From: Pelagomonas calceolata
Taxonomy: Eukaryota
Direction of reading: 5' to 3'
Assembly (NCBI GenBank): GCA_918797485.1
Contig: CAKKNE010000006.1
Coordinates: 2,728,001-2,792,000 of the forward strand
DNA length: 64,000 nucleotides
The translations under genes and the position numbers were made by a program. This document shows, in pieces, positions 63,214-64,000 of this stretch (positions within the stretch are counted from its first letter, which is position 1; every line of letters begins with the position of its first letter). The notes below the pieces were generated by a model. The model searched no databases, had not been told where the DNA came from, and worked only from the letters and a program-made list of their open reading frames with translations.

Positions 63214-64000
63214 CTACTTATCCCAGCTTGGCGCCGCCGGGAACGCGGCCTTGAAGGACGGGTGGCCGACGCCGAAGCCCATCGGGATCGCGTCGTCGTC
63301 GTCGTCTCCGCGTCGCCGGGCGTCGGGATACCGAATCTCCCGCGCGGCCGGATCCCAGCGGCCCCAGTACCTTCGGGAGGCGATGTCGTGGAAGACGTAA
63401 CGACGCTCGTCCGCGGGCACGGGCACGGTCCCGACGCCCGGCGCGTGGACCTCGGTCGCCTGCCCGACGTAGGCTGCCCACCAGCTGTACGTGGACTCAG
63501 TGACGACGAGCCGCGTCGCCCGCGCGAGGTACGCAAAGTCCGCCTCAACGGATCGGCCCCGGCCGTCGCCGCGAATCCTTGGCGAGACGACCTGAGTGGA
63601 ATTCAACACTGAGATGGTCACGCCATCGAGCAGACGTCGCGTCTTGAGATTCCGCACGGGAGACGACCGTCGCGTTGAGGTGCTTGACCAGATCCCGGAC
63701 GACGCCCGGCCGCGCGGCGTCGCACGCGGCGCAGACCTTGACCCGTCCCCGCCAGTTGTCCAACCGCGCGAAGACGTGTCTAAAATAATTCTCGTACGTG
63801 TAGAGCTTGTAGTGGTTCTGCGTCTTACATAAACGCACGTGAATAATCACGTCCGTCTTTCTTGGACTCTCGGAAAGTTCTAAATCACGGAGCCGGAAAT
63901 GGGATCGCAACGGAGACCCGAGGCCCCGATACAGCGCGTAGTGCTGCCAGTAGCCCAGCGTCTTTAAACATGTAAAGTGGTCGCGGTTCAGGGCCCGCCG
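63214..64000 (-). CDS. GT11 (alpha-1,2-fucosyltransferase)-like protein, 5'-truncated; exons >64000..63668, 63591..63214
   Basis: GYWQ, IIHVR, ADFAYL, STYSWWAAY. Confidence 0.7.
63584..63667 (-). mobile_element. Introner element 63592..63659 with perfect 8-bp TSD; intron 63667..63592
   Basis: GAGACGAC direct repeats at 63584-63591 and 63660-63667; ends CTGAGTGGAATTCAA / GATTCCGCACGG; internal CACGCCATCGAGCAG shared with the 56261 element. Confidence 0.9.

Overview
GC-rich, very gene-dense eukaryotic nuclear DNA with about 36 protein genes, few introns and convergent genes often less than 45 bp apart. The combination of TIR/8-bp-TSD introner introns, MYND-RINGv-TPR genes, bipartite plastid-type signal peptides and delta-tubulin points to a pelagophyte alga (Pelagomonas/Aureococcus-like; inferred). 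Recognisable genes: METAP1, NDUFA12, PRORP, delta-tubulin, SAE1, ISCA1, a 3R-MYB, PhyH, SEC14, MFS, a class-3 lipase, sulfotransferases, JmjC-TPR, a kinase-PP2C fusion and a VWA-Vwaint-Hint (Vint) protein. Four observations stand out. (1) A tandem array of five uncharacterised ~7-TM proteins, each with a 10-Cys extracellular loop, an N-terminal KVxP motif (cilia-targeting-like) and shared upstream elements; this is a candidate flagellar receptor/channel repertoire. (2) A ~24-bp palindromic motif, GCTAGTGTCTTACA-n-GCTAGC, present in most upstream or divergent intergenic regions. (3) A family of miniature introner transposons making introns in both orientations, one of them in only one of the five paralogs. 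(4) A head-to-head fusion of two decapitated MYND-RING-TPR paralogs, and a ~30% GC foreign-looking fragment at the end of a mosaic receptor gene. No tRNA, rRNA or CRISPR array was seen. All domain calls are by eye, without database searches.
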